A DNA stretch of 64,000 bases from an uncultured Opitutales bacterium (GTDB lineage: Bacteria; Verrucomicrobiota; Verrucomicrobiia; Opitutales; UBA9783), in contig CAKUSQ010000001.1 in the NCBI GenBank assembly GCA_934691225.1, positions 536,880-600,879 of the forward strand. The letters run 5' to 3'. The notes beneath the pieces are model-generated. The model worked only from the letters and a program-made list of their open reading frames with translations, was not told the origin of the DNA and searched no databases. Below, piece by piece: positions 62,806 to 64,000 of the stretch. The position numbers were made by a program, and so were the translations under genes. Each line of letters opens with the position of its first letter. The stretch's first letter is position 1.

Positions 62806-62834
62806 TTGACAGTATTGCTTATGTATTCATAATT
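62806..62834 (+). promoter_or_regulatory. Candidate sigma-70 promoter upstream of the orphan Opp/Dpp-type ATPase
   Basis: TTGACA (62806-62811), a 17-nt spacer, then ATAATT (62829-62834). This leaves a leader of about 100 nt before the GTG at 62937. Confidence 0.45.
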
Positions 62835-62936
62835 GCTTATTAATACATGAAACAAAAATATTTTAGAATCGTTTTACTATTTATCGCTTTAGGTTATAAT
62901 CTTTTCGGATAAGAATTTTGTTAGATCGCTATCGTT

Positions 62937-63725
62937 GTGTTTGAATCTCCATTATTGTTCATTGATGATTTGTGTGTTTCTTACAAAAAAACAGGTGTGA
63001 GTTTTGCATGTGAACCGTTTTATGCTTTGAGGCATATTTCATTCAAAGTAAAGCGGGGAGAAACTTTAGGTGTGGTTGGTGAAAGTGGTAGTGGTAAAAC
63101 AACATTAGGGCGAGCCATCGTTCGTTTAGTGGAGACAACCTCAGGAGAAATTTTTTTCGAAGGTACAGACATTTTAAAGTTAAGTACAAGAGCATTTTTT
63201 TCTTATCGTAAAAAAATACAGATGATTTTTCAGGATCCTTTTGGTTCACTTAATCCTCGAATGACGATAGAGCAGATATTAAATGAGCCTCTTAAGATTC
63301 ATTTTCCTACTATGCCTAAGGCTGAAAGGCATCAACGCGTTATAAAATTACTGGAACAAGTTTGTTTGCCGCAATCAGCATTGGATCGATATTCGGATGA
63401 GTTCAGTGGTGGACAACGGCAGCGCATAGGAATTGCTCGTGCATTGGCAGTTGAGCCGCAACTTATTATTTGTGATGAACCAGTAAGTGCTTTGGATGTT
63501 TCAATTCAAGCGCAAATCATAAATTTACTAAAGGATTTGCAAAAAGAATTAAAGCTAACGTACATATTTATTTCACACGATATGGCTGTAGTTCGTCACA
63601 TGAGTGATCGTGTTGCAGTTATGCAGAATGGGAAAATTATTGAAGAAGCTTCAGCGGATACAATATATAAATGTCCTGAAAACGTATACACAAAGGAACT
63701 TTTGCAAGCAGTTCCTGAACTTTAA
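62937..63725 (+). CDS. Oligopeptide/dipeptide-type ABC transporter ATP-binding protein (OppF/DppF-like)
   Basis: Walker A GESGSGKTT, MIFQDPFGSLNPR (typical of the Opp/Dpp family), signature FSGGQRQRIGIARAL, and Walker B IICDEPVSALD. GTG start. Confidence 0.88.
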   Translation: MFESPLLFIDDLCVSYKKTGVSFACEPFYALRHISFKVKRGETLGVVGESGSGKTTLGRAIVRLVETTSGEIFFEGTDILKLSTRAFFSYRKKIQMIFQDPFGSLNPRMTIEQILNEPLKIHFPTMPKAERHQRVIKLLEQVCLPQSALDRYSDEFSGGQRQRIGIARALAVEPQLIICDEPVSALDVSIQAQIINLLKDLQKELKLTYIFISHDMAVVRHMSDRVAVMQNGKIIEEASADTIYKCPENVYTKELLQAVPEL

Positions 63726-63779
63726 GGTTTAAAAGTTTTATCTTGCGTTGTATTAAGAGAGAATATACATAAGTGTAGT

Positions 63780-64000
63780 ATGCGAACATTAAAGTTTGGG
63801 TTAATATTAAGTTTAATGGCATGGATGAATTGTTTTGGTGAGGATATTCCTGCCAAGCAAACAATGACATTAGGTGTTGTTCAGGGAATTACAGAATTTT
63901 TACCGGTGTCTTCAACCGGACATATGATTTTGGTGAATGAAGTAGGTTTTCATTCAAAAGAACAATCGCAGCGCGTACAGTCCGCTTTGGATAATTATAT
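63780..64000 (+). CDS. uppP: Undecaprenyl-diphosphatase (BacA/UppP), 5' part; runs off the right edge
   Basis: Absent from the ORF track because there is no stop in the window. My translation is [54 protein letters not shown].... It contains the signature QG(I/L)TEFLPVSS(S/T)GH. Confidence 0.8.
   Translation, partial: MRTLKFGLILSLMAWMNCFGEDIPAKQTMTLGVVQGITEFLPVSSTGHMILVNEVGFHSKEQSQRVQSALDNY

Noticed and set aside
1-64000. Mobile elements, prophage, integrative islands, rRNA, CRISPR-Cas, restriction-modification or other known defence systems
   Set aside because: I scanned all ORF translations and intergenic regions. There are no transposase, integrase, recombinase, capsid, terminase, Cas, methyltransferase or nuclease signatures, and no terminal inverted or direct repeats flanking the LRR array beyond its own cassette repeats.

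Overview
AT-rich (by eye about mid-30s % GC), densely coding bacterial chromosomal window with about 57 protein genes, 2 tRNAs and an SRP RNA that the ORF track cannot show. Most of it is housekeeping for a diderm cell. This includes glycogen genes (glgA, glgC), amino sugars (glmS, glmM) and LPS/envelope genes (kdsB, lpxK, Pal-like lipoprotein, AsmA-like giant protein, uppP, psd). It also includes fatty-acid synthesis (fabG-acpP-fabF, accA, accB-accC), glycolysis/PPP (pgk-tpiA, tal), proS, trpS, pyrG, holA, holB, tmk, rseP and several ABC transporter parts. I saw no transposase, integrase, phage gene or CRISPR array. Three regions look accessory or unusual. (1) At 51.5-57.2 kb there is a tandem array of four paralogous genes. 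Each is its own promoter-gene-terminator cassette and encodes an N-terminal F-box-like module fused to Cys-rich BspA/TpLRR-type 23-aa leucine-rich repeats. The array shows clear recent recombination: a 343-bp identical block, near-identical 69-bp tandem units, and one gene that is a head-to-tail fusion of two units. This is the best candidate for a host-targeting (SCF ubiquitin-ligase mimic) effector family. (2) At 26.8-28.9 kb an ECF sigma / anti-sigma / HtrA-like operon has a 'protease' whose catalytic triad is fully replaced (Ser->Cys, His and Asp lost). (3) At 47.6-50.2 kb a compact late-flagellar-type regulatory island (FlgN-like, short FliW-like, CsrA, FlgM-like with an in-frame stop) has no flagellar structural genes nearby. 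The lineage cannot be fixed without searches. Gene content is compatible with a host-associated PVC-type bacterium (Chlamydiae- or Verrucomicrobia-like), but that is inference. All domain calls come from reading the translations and from consensus motifs recalled from memory. No database search was possible.
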